Source: an uncultured Acidobacteriaceae bacterium
Lineage (GTDB): Bacteria > Acidobacteriota > Terriglobia > Terriglobales > Acidobacteriaceae
Assembly (NCBI GenBank): GCA_963790705.1
Contig: CAWBQE010000021.1
Coordinates: 12,806-76,805, forward strand
Length of the DNA: 64,000 bases
Direction of reading: 5' to 3'
Positions 17,965-28,158 of this stretch are shown one piece after another. Positions within the stretch are counted from its first letter, which is position 1. Every line of letters begins with the position of its first letter. The notes under the pieces are model-generated. The model ran no database searches. It had not been told where the DNA came from and saw nothing but the letters and a program-made list of their open reading frames with translations. Both the position numbers and the translations under genes were made by a program.

Positions 17965-20409
17965 ATGACGCAGATGGATAGCACACGGCCCGCAGCCCCA
18001 CCTCCGGAAACCCCGGCAGCGCCGGGTTCACCGAGTGCCACCGTGACGATTGACGGTAGACAGCTCCCGCCGCCGCCCATGAAATTTGGCGGCGTGATCG
18101 AGGAGGACGCTAAGAATTCGAAGGCGTACTGGCCGGCTCGCGTGGTGCCGCCCAAGGGCGCGCCCAACGTGCTACTCATCATGACCGACGATCAGGGCTA
18201 CGGCGTAACGAGTACCTTCGGCGGTGTGGTCCCGACCCCGGCCATGGACCGTGTCGCCGAGGCTGGACTGCGCTACACGCAGTTCCACTCCACGGCTCTC
18301 TGCTCACCGACGCGCGCTGCGCTCATCACCGGTCGAAATCATCACTCTGTGGGCTTCGGTGTCATCGGCGAATTGTCCACCGGCTTCCCTGGCTATGACT
18401 CCATCATCGGTGCGGAAAATGCCACCGTCGGTAGGGTTTTGCAACAAAACGGATTTGCCACCTCGTGGTTCGGCAAGGAGCACAATACTCCCGCCTTTCA
18501 ATACAGTTTGGCCGGGCCTTTCGATCAATGGCCGAGCGGCATGGGCTTCGACTATTTTTACGGATTCATGGGAGGCGAGACCGATCAGTGGACACCTTAT
18601 CTCTTTCGCGATCACACTCAAGTCTTTCCCTGGATCGGCAAGCCCGGTTATAACCTGACTACGGACCTGGCGGACGATGCCATCAAGTACATGAGCGGCC
18701 TGAACGCGGCGGCGCCTGACCAGCCGTTCTTTCTTTACTACGTGCCCGGCGGCACGCACTCGCCCCACCAGCCCAAGCAGGAATGGATCGACAGGTTCCA
18801 CGGCAAATTCGACATGGGCTGGGAGAAGCTGCGCGAGGAGATTTTCGCCAACCAGAAGCGACTCGGCGTAATTCCCCCGAACACCCAGCTCACGCCGTGG
18901 CCGGATGTGTTGCCGAAGTGGGATTCGCTTTCGGTAATCCAGAAGAAGCTCTACGCGCGTGAAGCGGAAGTGTTTGCGGCTTACGCTGCGTACACCGACT
19001 ATGAAATTGGCCGCGTGATCCAGGCGGTTGAGGACATGGGCAAACTCGAGAACACGCTGATCATTTATATCAGCGGCGACAATGGCAACAGCGCCGAGGG
19101 CACTCTGGAGGGAACACCAAACCAGATGACTGCGTACAACGGCATTCTCAAGCTCCCGGAAATTGAACTGATGCGATATTACGAATCCTGGGGTTCGGAT
19201 AAGACCTACCCGCATATGTCGGTTGCTTGGTCGTGGGCATTCGATACACCGTTCAAGTGGACCAAGCAGGTGGCATCGCATTTTGGCGGGACTCGGCAAG
19301 GCGTGGCCATTTCGTGGCCGGGGCACATCGATGATGTAGGCGGCATTCGTTCCCAGTTTCATCACATCATCGACATCGTGCCCACCATCCTTGAAGCTAC
19401 GGGCGTCAAGGAGCCCACCACGGTCGATGGAATCGAGCAGAGGCCGATTGAAGGCGTGAGCATGGCTTATACCTTTGATAAAGCCAACGCCAACGCACCC
19501 TCGAAGCGCGAGACGCAGTATTTCGAAATGTTTGCCAACCGCGCCATCTATCACCAAGGTTGGGTCGCGGCCACAACGCCGCCGGCCCCGCCCTGGGAGC
19601 TGGGAACTACCAAGCTACCTGAGATCAACGACTACAAGTGGGAGCTCTATAACATCACCGAGGACTTCTCTCAATACAATGATCTTGCAGCGACGAATCC
19701 CGGCAAGCTGAAAGAGTTGCAGGCGTTGTTCCTCGCCGAGGCAGCGAAATATAACGTGCTGCCAATCGATAACTCGATCCTACCTCGCATCATCACGCCA
19801 CGGCCGAGCGCAACCGCTGGACGCACGGAATTTACCTATCAAGGTGAGAACGCCGGCATTCCTGTAGGCAATGCGCCGAGCCTCTTGAACAAGGACTACA
19901 CAATTACTGCGGAAGTGACTATTCCGAAAGGCGGTGCGGAAGGGATGATCGTAACCATGGGCGGCGTCTTCGGCGGATATGGTCTGTACCTGCTCAAAGG
20001 CAAGCCGGTCTTTGTTTACAACCTCCTCAATCTGAAACGAATCCGCTGGGAGGGCGGGGTGGGTGGTGCGGACCTTCTGGGTAAGGAACTGGCGGCTGGT
20101 AAACACACGATCTCGTTCGATTTCAAGTACGATGGTCCCGGTCCAGGCAAGGGTGGTACCGGCGTGCTCTCGGTGGACGGTAAGGAGTTGTCTCGGAAGA
20201 CCATGGAGCACTCGATCCCGTTTCTGATGGCCATTGATGAGACCTTTGACATCGGCTGCGATACCCGCACACCGGTGGACGATAGCTACGAGCTGCCGTT
20301 CCACTTCACCGGCAAAATCGACCGGCTGACGTTCAAGCTCGGGCCGGAGCAGTTGATGGCGGCGGACCATGCCGCGAAGGCCGAGGCACTGGCGAGCGTG
20401 CACAGCTAA
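17965..20409 (+). CDS. Large arylsulfatase (~800 aa class with a C-terminal extension), no obvious signal peptide
   Basis: GAPNVLLIMTDDQGYGVTSTFGG and CSPTRAALITGRNHH. An alternative start ATG at 17974 has better spacing to AAGGAG. Confidence 0.85.
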   Translation: MTQMDSTRPAAPPPETPAAPGSPSATVTIDGRQLPPPPMKFGGVIEEDAKNSKAYWPARVVPPKGAPNVLLIMTDDQGYGVTSTFGGVVPTPAMDRVAEAGLRYTQFHSTALCSPTRAALITGRNHHSVGFGVIGELSTGFPGYDSIIGAENATVGRVLQQNGFATSWFGKEHNTPAFQYSLAGPFDQWPSGMGFDYFYGFMGGETDQWTPYLFRDHTQVFPWIGKPGYNLTTDLADDAIKYMSGLNAAAPDQPFFLYYVPGGTHSPHQPKQEWIDRFHGKFDMGWEKLREEIFANQKRLGVIPPNTQLTPWPDVLPKWDSLSVIQKKLYAREAEVFAAYAAYTDYEIGRVIQAVEDMGKLENTLIIYISGDNGNSAEGTLEGTPNQMTAYNGILKLPEIELMRYYESWGSDKTYPHMSVAWSWAFDTPFKWTKQVASHFGGTRQGVAISWPGHIDDVGGIRSQFHHIIDIVPTILEATGVKEPTTVDGIEQRPIEGVSMAYTFDKANANAPSKRETQYFEMFANRAIYHQGWVAATTPPAPPWELGTTKLPEINDYKWELYNITEDFSQYNDLAATNPGKLKELQALFLAEAAKYNVLPIDNSILPRIITPRPSATAGRTEFTYQGENAGIPVGNAPSLLNKDYTITAEVTIPKGGAEGMIVTMGGVFGGYGLYLLKGKPVFVYNLLNLKRIRWEGGVGGADLLGKELAAGKHTISFDFKYDGPGPGKGGTGVLSVDGKELSRKTMEHSIPFLMAIDETFDIGCDTRTPVDDSYELPFHFTGKIDRLTFKLGPEQLMAADHAAKAEALASVHS

Positions 20410-20599
20410 CGCAGTCATCCGATTGCAAAGAACGCGTGGGGCTTCCTCCGGCGGCGGCATCAACGACACATCCACTCGTCGATGCTGCCTGCCTGGAGGA
20501 AAAAACCGGCGATGATTTACTTACGCCCCAGGTGCGAGATGGACCCACCTGCAGAAGTGGCTTGTCCTCAGGGCAAGTCGCTGCTAAGGTCGAGACACG

Positions 20600-21559
20600 A
20601 TGGCAGCCAAGATCACATCCAGTGGGATCGTCGCGATCAAAGGCGGCGAGTTTCTTATGGGATCGGATGACTTCTACCCCGAGGAACGTCCGCGCCGGCG
20701 CGTCCGCGTAGAGTCGTTCGCCATCGATTGCTGTCCGGTCACGAATGCGGAGTTTTCAAGATTCGTGGAAGCGACTGGCTACGTAACAGTGGCTGAGCGT
20801 CCTATCGATCCGGCGCAGTATCCCGGCGCCAGTCCCCAACTCTGTGTTCCTGGTTCAGCCGTTTTTCGTCGCGCGCGCGGCCCGGCGAATCTTGCCGACT
20901 GGGCGCAATGGTGGGCGTGGACGCCTGGTGCCTTTTGGAACCGCCCGCTCGGGCCCCATTCCTCCATCAAAGCGTTGATGGATCATCCTGTCGTGCACGT
21001 CGCCTACGAGGATGCCGAAGCCTACGCGCGTTGGGCAGGCAAACAGCTTCCCACCGAGGCCGAGTGGGAGTACGCCGCGCGCGGTGGACTCGACGGCGCG
21101 ATTTTTACTTGGGGCAACGAAATGATGCCCGGCGGCAAGGCTATGGCCAATACGTGGCAGGGTGAGTTTCCCTGGCAGAATCTCTTGCTCGACGGCTATG
21201 AACGAACATCGCCGGTCGGTTCCTTCCCGCCCAACGGGTACGGCCTCTACGACATGGCGGGGAACGTTTGGGAGTGGACCAGCGATTGGTATTCGGCCAA
21301 CCCATCGCCGGAGAAAACGAAGTCATGTTGTGGGGTGCCACTGGCACGCGGGGCGACCATGGAAGACAGCCTTGATCCGACCCAACCCCAGATCAAAATA
21401 CCGCGCAAAGTGATTAAGGGAGGGTCGCATCTCTGCGCCCCCAACTACTGCTTGCGGTTCCGCCCGGCGGCGCGCTCACCACAGATGCTCGATACTTCGA
21501 TGAGTCATCTTGGCTTTCGCTGTGTCGTCCGCCCGCCTGAAGAGCACAAACAAAGTTAA
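20600..21559 (+). CDS. Formylglycine-generating enzyme (SUMF1/FGE family)
   Basis: GGEFLMGSDDFYPEERPRRRVRVESFAIDCCPVTNAEFSRFV, GNVWEWTSDWY and a C-terminal GGSHLCAPNYCLRFRPAAR. Confidence 0.9.
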   Translation: MAAKITSSGIVAIKGGEFLMGSDDFYPEERPRRRVRVESFAIDCCPVTNAEFSRFVEATGYVTVAERPIDPAQYPGASPQLCVPGSAVFRRARGPANLADWAQWWAWTPGAFWNRPLGPHSSIKALMDHPVVHVAYEDAEAYARWAGKQLPTEAEWEYAARGGLDGAIFTWGNEMMPGGKAMANTWQGEFPWQNLLLDGYERTSPVGSFPPNGYGLYDMAGNVWEWTSDWYSANPSPEKTKSCCGVPLARGATMEDSLDPTQPQIKIPRKVIKGGSHLCAPNYCLRFRPAARSPQMLDTSMSHLGFRCVVRPPEEHKQS

Positions 21560-22121
21560 CGCTGCTTGAGCGTGCACAACTAAGTGGTAGGGAGACACTC
21601 CAGGCCGGAGCCGCGTACAACGGCAGAAAAGGTTCCACCTTCCATGACTGTCTTAACTGACAGTATCCTTCCTTGCCGGCCAAGCTCATGTTGTTGGTGT
21701 CGCTTTTGGGGGTACGAGCGGCCATCCGCAGCATCAATTCCCCAAAAATCATGCCCTTTACCGCGGCCTTCGGGGCAGGGGTGGCAGTTGCCTCGTGGGA
21801 GCCGAATTATCCAAGTGTGTTGACGAAGGGCTACCAGAGTGTGGTGACGCAAACATCGGTTGGATCGTCATCGATGCACTCGCGGAGTTTGCGCCCGACA
21901 CTAAACGTATGCTCCACAAAGACAAGAACAAGTAAAGTGCTTCATCAGAGGCCGATTAGCCAGTCGCACAAGCGCACTTCTGCTTTTTCATCGCTACTCG
22001 GCTGGACCTCAATCACCCCGCATTCCCAGATCCGATACCTCAACATCCTCTGCACGATTGTCTTGATTTGACGCTATGATTGCTCACGTAGGACTATCCC
22101 ATTGTCTGCTCATGGTTTGCG

Positions 22122-24810
22122 ATGCCCGATTCCATCTCCCATTACCGTGGATTGGAGAAGATCGGCGGGGGCGGCATGGGCGTGGTCTACAGGGCAGAAG
22201 ACACGCTCCTGGGCCGCTATGTCGCCCTCAAGTTCCTGCCGGATAATTTCGCGGATGACAGCACCGCGTTGCAGCGTTTCCGGCGGGAGGCGCGTGCTGC
22301 TTCCGCTCTGAACCATCCCAACATCTGCACCATCTATGAGATCGGCGAAGACGGCGGCCGTACGTTCATCGCCATGGAGTTCCTGGATGGCAAAACACTG
22401 AAGCATGTGATTCAGGAAGACCCGCTTCCTATCAATCGGGTGATCGAAATCGCGATCGACGTTGCCGACGCGCTCGAGGCAGCGCACGAGAAAGGCATCA
22501 TCCACCGCGACATCAAGCCGGCGAACGTCCTCGTAACCAAACGAGGCGCCGCCAAAATTCTCGACTTCGGTCTGGCGAAGATGGTACCCGCTAAGGAACT
22601 CGCAGGAGGCGGGGAATCCTCTCGGGCGTCGCAGCAGCTGACTGACGGCCTTGGAGCCGCACTGGGCACGGCGGCGTATATGTCCCCCGAACAGGCGCTC
22701 GGCAGACCCGTCGATACCCGTACGGATCTCTTTTCTTTCGGCGTCCTTCTCTACGAGATGTGCACCGGCCGCTCGCCCTTCCTGGGAGATACAACCGGAG
22801 AGCTTCTGATCGCCGTCGTGCAACAAGTCCCGGTCACTCCAGCACGGCTGAATCCCGATGTTCCGCTTAGGCTAGCGCGCATCATCGATCGATGCCTGGA
22901 AAAGGACCGGGAGCTCCGGTACCAGCATGCGGGGGAGATCCGCACGGAACTGAAGAGACTGCAGCGCACCTCGGCGGACTTCGTAGATGCCGCTTTACCG
23001 GAATGGAACGTAGAGCCATTGGCACCCGCATCTTCGCGGGCCCGGACGTTCGAGGGCGCTGCCCACGGCGGCGAGCAATCTATTCCCGGAACCATACCGA
23101 CCCAACCAGACAAGCCGGACTTGCCTCGGCGATGGCTCCTCGTCCTCTCGTTGCTGTTAGTTGCCGCTGCGCTGCTAGCCTTTCTACTAACGCGGCCCCA
23201 ACGCGCGCCGAAGGCCGCAAATTACGTCCAGCTTACTCACGATGGTCATCCGAAGAGCCTGGTGGGTACCGATGGTTCGCGGCTCTATCTGAGTGTTGCG
23301 GGAGGCTTCAACAACGCCTCCCTCGGAATCATGCAGATGTCGGCCTCGGGGGGCGAGCCGGAGCAGCTTCCGGTAGCGTCTAATACCATTCTCCCTCTGG
23401 ACGTCTCGCAGGATGGAGCCAAACTTCTCGCCGAAGACGTGCCCCGCGCCGGGGAAAGCGGCCAGCTTTTGAGTCTCCCAATCCTCGGAGGTACACCCCG
23501 CCGACTGGGCGATCTGGCGGGACAGGACGCAGCTTGGTCTCCCGATGGCAGTATGCTGGTTTACGCAGACGGGAGCGAATTGTTTCTGGCCAAGAGCGAC
23601 GGGACGGAGCCGCGAAAGTTGGTTTCTCTGACGGGGCGCGGCTCTTATCCGGCATGGTCACCTGCAGGAGATACGCTGAGGTTTACCGTCACCGATTACA
23701 AGACCGGAGCGAAGTCACTCTGGGAGGTTTCCGCTCACGGGACCAATTTGCATCCGTTGTTTCCCGGATGGCACAGTCCTGCAGACGAATGCTGCGGGAA
23801 ATGGACGGCGGATGGGAAATACTTCGTTTTCCAATCTCAAGGGCAGATCTGGACACTTTTCCGACAAGAGATCGTTCTTTCACCAGTCCGCGGACAAACC
23901 CGTCCAATTGACCGCCAGCCCGCTCGGTTTGTTCACGCCCCTTCCCAGCAAAGACGGCAAGAGACTATTTGTAGTAGGCCGGACCTACCGCGGCGAACTG
24001 GAGCGGGAATCCGAGTCCGCGGGGGTGACGCCTTTTTTCTCGGGCATCTCTGCCGAAGACGTTGAGTTTTCCAAGGATGGGCAGTGGGTGGCCTACGTCT
24101 CCTACCCCGAAAGCGTTCTCTGGCGAAGCAAGCCGGATGGTAGCGACAAAATACAGCTCAGCTATCCTCCGCTGTTGGCTGCGTTGCCGCGCTGGTCGCC
24201 CGACGGCAAACAGATTGCATTCTTTGACTACTCGTTCGGCAAACCAGTAAAAACCTACCTGGTTTCAGCCGATGGCGGCAGCCCGCAGGAACCACTGCCC
24301 AAAGATCCCGAGCCTCAGCGGGATCCGAACTGGTCTCCGGATGGGGACAAGATTACTTTCAGCAGCGAACCGGCTGACAAAAATTCAGCTATCCGTGTGC
24401 TCGACTTGAAGACCCGCCAGGTTTCCACGCTGCCCGGTTCCCGAGGTTTGTTCGCCCCCCGCTGGTCGCCGGACGGCAGGTACATCGTGGCCATGCCGGC
24501 GGATGAGCTGAGCTTAGTGCTCTTCAACTTCCAGACTCAAAAGTGGTCGCAGCTCGCGAAGGAACGAGCTGCATTCCCGAACTGGTCAAGAGATGGGCAG
24601 TATGTCTACTTCCTACGCTTCCTGGACCATCCAGCCGTACTGAGAGTTCGGATCGCCGACGGCAAGGTGGAGCAGGTTTTGGATCTGACGAACCTTCCGA
24701 CTACGGGCAACATCGGCCCTTGGCTGGGTCTCGATTCGAACGATTCCCCACTTCTACTTAAAGATATGGGGACCCAGGACATCTACGCCCTCGATTGGGA
24801 AACGCCTTAG
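22122..24810 (+). pseudogene. Ser/Thr protein kinase fused to a TM segment and a TolB-like PD40 beta-propeller. One frameshift lies near 23855-23862.
   Basis: Kinase motifs [36 protein letters not shown] and YMSPEQ, then a TM segment ([18 protein letters not shown]). PD40 repeats (WSPDG..) continue in ORF 23812..24810 after the junction ...GQIWTLF / [18 protein letters not shown] at a T-run. Confidence 0.8.
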
Positions 24811-24989
24811 AGAGCACTGACCAAGGAGAAGAGACAAGTTGAAAAGGAAAAGTACCCGCGCGGGAAATTCTCCTGTAAGGCAGCATCTCAGCTTAAGAGT
24901 TTGAAACAAGCGAGTTCTGACCGGAGAGGGGAAGTGATCTGAAGTGCCTGAAAATGTCTCGCTTTCGCTATGCTCTAGACGGTCCTTCC

Positions 24990-25070
24990 CGATCCAGATC
25001 ATCCCGAGCGAAGCCGAGAGCCTGCCCTGAGCGAAGTCGAACGGGGACCTGCGGTGCGCCTTTCCCGAAC
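24990..25070. repeat. REP-like GC-rich palindromic element (translates to the FDFAQGRL-type pseudo-peptide)
   Basis: atcatcccgagcgaagccgagagcctgccctgagcgaagtcgaacggggacctgcgg. It is related to the gtcatcctgagcggagcg...gtcgaaggacc elements at 54.6 and 55.0 kb. Confidence 0.5.
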
Positions 25071-25238
25071 GCAACTGCTCAAGGAGCCCACCTCGATAGG
25101 CAACGGGCCTGCAATTTCCCCATCCTGGCGCGTCTAACGGACAGTTTTCCGCCCCGCGAACCTATACAGGAACCGACAAGCCATCCTCGTGGCTTGGCCG
25201 CTCTCGTGCTCGCCACACAAAATCCGAACCCGGCGGCG

Positions 25239-25595
25239 ATGAACTATAGTCTCTTCATGCGATTCACACGTATCTGTGTCCTGCTGCTGGCCGGCGTCGC
25301 ACCCTTGTCCGGCTTCGGACAAGAGCCGGTTTCGCAGTTACCCGATGGGCCGAACCGCGAAACCGTGCAACGCATCTGCTCGGGGTGTCATTCGGTCCAG
25401 ATGTTTACGGGGCGGGGGATGACGCGGGAACAATGGGGCGGCGTTGTCTCCAACATGATCGGCCGGGGAGCAAAGATCTCGGACGAAGAGTTCGACGAAG
25501 TCGTCAACTATCTTGGCAAAGCTTTGCCGCCTGCCCAGCAAGGCGGTGAGGCGCCGCGGTTGCAAAGGCCGCCCCAGTGCATAAGAAAAGCCTGA
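25239..25595 (+). CDS. Small monohaem c-type cytochrome with a signal peptide. It may be the N-terminal domain of the next ORF.
   Basis: MNYSLFMRFTRICVLLLAGVAPLSGFG is a signal peptide, followed by CSGCHS. The ORF overlaps the next ORF by 19 nt in another frame. Confidence 0.6.
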   Translation: MNYSLFMRFTRICVLLLAGVAPLSGFGQEPVSQLPDGPNRETVQRICSGCHSVQMFTGRGMTREQWGGVVSNMIGRGAKISDEEFDEVVNYLGKALPPAQQGGEAPRLQRPPQCIRKA

Positions 25596-26338
25596 TTGAC
25601 CAGGTAGGCGCAGATGACAAGCAGATCGTCGACGAAGATGCCGCGGCACGGGGTAGGACCGTGTATATCGCGCAATGCATCACCTGCCATGGAACACGGG
25701 CGCGGGGAGGCGAGCGCGGCGCCGACCTGGTGCGATCGTTAGTGGTTCTTCATGACCGCTACGGAAGCACCATCGGTCCTTATCTTGCGCAGGGGCACCC
25801 GGCGGGAAAACCAGTCGCGTTGACGCAGGAGCAGATTGTGGATTTGTCCCATTTCCTGCACCAGCAGGTGGGTGACACTTTGCGAACCGGACCTTACAAC
25901 AACGTGCTGAACATCCTGGTGGGCGATCCCAACGAAGGAAAGGCCTTCTTCTATGGAGCAGGAGGGTGCAGCCATTGTCACTCACCGACGGGTGACCTGG
26001 CGCACATCGCCAGCAAATACGATCCGCCCGGTTTGCAGTTGAAGGTGGTGTTTCCGCAGAACCGTGCAGTCGCGCGCGAGGGAAGTGAGAGCCCGCGCAA
26101 GCCACTGACGGTTACGGTGACCACGGCGTCCGGCGAAAGCGTGACCGGGGTGCCGACGGAGCTTGACGATTTCAACGTTTCGCTCCACGACGCCTCCGGC
26201 CGATATCACAGCTTCGCACGCGGACCCGGGGTCAAAGTGGAGAAGCACGATCCTTATGCCGCGCACGTGGCGCTACTCGACAAATACACCGACAAAGAAA
26301 TACACGATGTAGTGGCCTACCTGGAGACCTTGAAATGA
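25577..26338 (+). CDS. Dihaem c-type cytochrome, copy 2. It has no signal peptide of its own.
   Basis: CITCH and CSHCH, with the C-terminal LTVTVTTASGESVTG...DKEIHDVVAYLETLK. The frame is closed by a TGA at 25547-25549, so no upstream signal peptide is possible in this frame. Confidence 0.75.
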   Translation: MHKKSLIDQVGADDKQIVDEDAAARGRTVYIAQCITCHGTRARGGERGADLVRSLVVLHDRYGSTIGPYLAQGHPAGKPVALTQEQIVDLSHFLHQQVGDTLRTGPYNNVLNILVGDPNEGKAFFYGAGGCSHCHSPTGDLAHIASKYDPPGLQLKVVFPQNRAVAREGSESPRKPLTVTVTTASGESVTGVPTELDDFNVSLHDASGRYHSFARGPGVKVEKHDPYAAHVALLDKYTDKEIHDVVAYLETLK

Positions 26339-27939
26339 AGTTCCTTTTGACGATTCTCTTGGCTCTGTTTGCACTGGCGCCCTTGCCTGCCTGGAGCCTG
26401 GGTCATGATGGTAGTTCGGATGGTGGGCTGGACCCTTCCGTGTTGTCGCGTCCGCCAGTGGATTCATGGCCGACGTACAACGGCGATTACTCCGGCCGGC
26501 GTTTCAGCACCCTGACCAAGATCAACGATCGGAATGTGAAATCGCTGAGCCTGGCGTGGATGTATCAGTTGCCCAGGAACGGTGCTGCTCCAGGCGGCCG
26601 CCTTGCAGGCACTCCGATTTTGCTGAATGGCGTGATGTATATCACATCCCCGGATAAAGTGTGGGCGCTTGACGCACGCACCAGCCGCGAGCTGTGGGCT
26701 TATACCTGGGCCTCCAAAGGCGGCATTCATCTGGGAAACCGAGGGGTTGGCATTTCTGGGAACGCGCTGTATTTCGAGACGCCGGATTGCAATCTGGTCT
26801 CGCTGAATCTTGCCGATGGCAAGAAGCGCTGGAGTCAGCCGATCTGCGATCTGGATCAGATGTATTACGCCTCAGTGGCGCCTCTGGTGGTCAAGAATCA
26901 CATCATTACCGGGGTCAGCGGAGACGACCTGGACCGGCCCGGTTTTCTCGAGGCGCACGATCCGGAAACCGGCGCACTGCAGTGGCACTGGTCGGTGGTG
27001 CCGAAGCCGGGCGAACCCGGTTCGGAAACGTGGCCCAATGCCGAGGCGATGGCGCATGGAGGCGGCATGACGTGGATATCGCCTACGTATGATCCGGATT
27101 TGAACTTGCTGTATGTGGGCACGGGGAATCCGCAGCCAGTGATGGCGGCCAAGAGGCGAGAGGGCGCGAACCTGTTCACGACATCGATTGTGGCGTTGAA
27201 TGCGGATACCGGCAAACTGGTTTGGTATTTTCAGCCTTCACCGCACGACACGCACGACTGGGATGCGGTGGAAACGCCGGTTTTGTTTGACGGTGAGATG
27301 GACGGGAAACCACGAAAGTTGTTGGCACAGGCGAGCCGCAATGGCTGGTTTTTTGTGCTGGACCGCGAAACCGGAAAGAATTACGTCAGCGCGCCCTTTG
27401 TGAAAACGAATTGGACAAAAGGTCTGGATGCGAAGGGGCAACCAATTCCCGATCCAGCGAAGGAGCCGCAGATTGCCGGCACGCTGGTTGCGCCGAATGC
27501 GGAAGGTGGGGTGAATTGGCCTCCGCCGACGTACAGCCCAGCCACAGGATTGTTTTATGTCAACGCCACTAGCTCGTATGCCATTTACTACATTTTTGAC
27601 GATAGCGACAAGCCGGAAGGATGGGGTGGCCACGATCTGGGCACTTGGGACCAATCGATGCTGCAGGCGCTGGATTACCGCACCGGCAAAGTGAAGTGGA
27701 GCCACAAGTGGGAGACGCCAGGAATTGAGGGCGGCCTGCTGAGCACCGCGGGTAACCTGGTGTTTGCGGGCGATCCGAGCGACAATCTGGTGGCGCTCAA
27801 CGCCACCACCGGCCAGCCGCTGTGGCATGCCAACCTCGGCAGCCCTGTATCGAATGGCGCCATCACTTACGAACTGGACGGGCACCAGTATTTAGTGGTC
27901 GGCGCGGGCGACAAGTTGTATGCGTTCGTCATGAACTAA
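26335..27939 (+). CDS. PQQ-dependent-dehydrogenase-like beta-propeller (quinoprotein), copy 2
   Basis: Signal MKFLLTILLALFALAPLPAWS. Motifs are WPTYNGDYSGRRFSTL, GNRGVGIS, YVGTGNPQP, YFQPSPHDTHDWDAVETPVLFD, ASRNGWFFVLDR and YELDGHQYLVVGAGDKLYAFVMN. ATGA overlap at 26335-26338. Confidence 0.85.
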   Translation: MKFLLTILLALFALAPLPAWSLGHDGSSDGGLDPSVLSRPPVDSWPTYNGDYSGRRFSTLTKINDRNVKSLSLAWMYQLPRNGAAPGGRLAGTPILLNGVMYITSPDKVWALDARTSRELWAYTWASKGGIHLGNRGVGISGNALYFETPDCNLVSLNLADGKKRWSQPICDLDQMYYASVAPLVVKNHIITGVSGDDLDRPGFLEAHDPETGALQWHWSVVPKPGEPGSETWPNAEAMAHGGGMTWISPTYDPDLNLLYVGTGNPQPVMAAKRREGANLFTTSIVALNADTGKLVWYFQPSPHDTHDWDAVETPVLFDGEMDGKPRKLLAQASRNGWFFVLDRETGKNYVSAPFVKTNWTKGLDAKGQPIPDPAKEPQIAGTLVAPNAEGGVNWPPPTYSPATGLFYVNATSSYAIYYIFDDSDKPEGWGGHDLGTWDQSMLQALDYRTGKVKWSHKWETPGIEGGLLSTAGNLVFAGDPSDNLVALNATTGQPLWHANLGSPVSNGAITYELDGHQYLVVGAGDKLYAFVMN

Positions 27940-28002
27940 CGCAACACGCAGCCTCTATAGTCGATCTCTAGAGGCTCTGGCTTTGTATCAGGGCACGACT
28001 TT

Positions 28003-28134
28003 ACAGCTTGCGGAAAAAGTCGCTGAACCTAGAAGAAATCATCCTTCAGTGGCTAAAGCTGGACCTGTTTGCAAACACTTACGTACGAGCTGAAGCTCGT
28101 ACCCTTCAAAGACCGGGGTTTTTCCGCAAGCTGT
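28003..28134. repeat. Inverted repeat (16-nt perfect arms, acagcttgcggaaaaa / tttttccgcaagctgt) enclosing a further hairpin
   Basis: The arms lie at 28003-18 and 28119-34. The inner hairpin is gtacgagc-tgaa-gctcgtac. Confidence 0.7.
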
Positions 28135-28158
28135 TTAGTCGGGCCGTACACAGCGCAC

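Noticed and set aside
18304-19557. Long antisense ORFs inside strongly supported genes: 18304..19557(-), 3786..4778(+), 7625..8548(+), 16050..17039(+), 22110..22826(-), 27238..27885(-), 30609..31652(+), 32517..33392(+), 40347..41084(-), 46863..47945(-) and 53583..54722(-)
   Set aside because: Each lies opposite a gene with unambiguous family motifs. Their products are Arg/Gly/Val-rich low-information sequences typical of GC-rich antisense frames.
21673-22071. 132-aa plus-strand ORF in the 560-bp gap between the FGE and kinase genes
   Set aside because: It has a signal-like N-terminus and fairly GC-rich third positions. However, it has no ribosome-binding site, a low-complexity Ser/Thr-rich body and no recognisable family. 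That is not enough support to call it.
25545-25600. Programmed ribosomal frameshifting to fuse the monohaem and dihaem cytochrome ORFs, and likewise at 44801-44810
   Set aside because: There is no X-XXY-YYZ slippery heptamer and no obvious downstream stimulatory structure. The window contains many other unrelated frame breaks, so indel mutation or assembly error is the simpler explanation.
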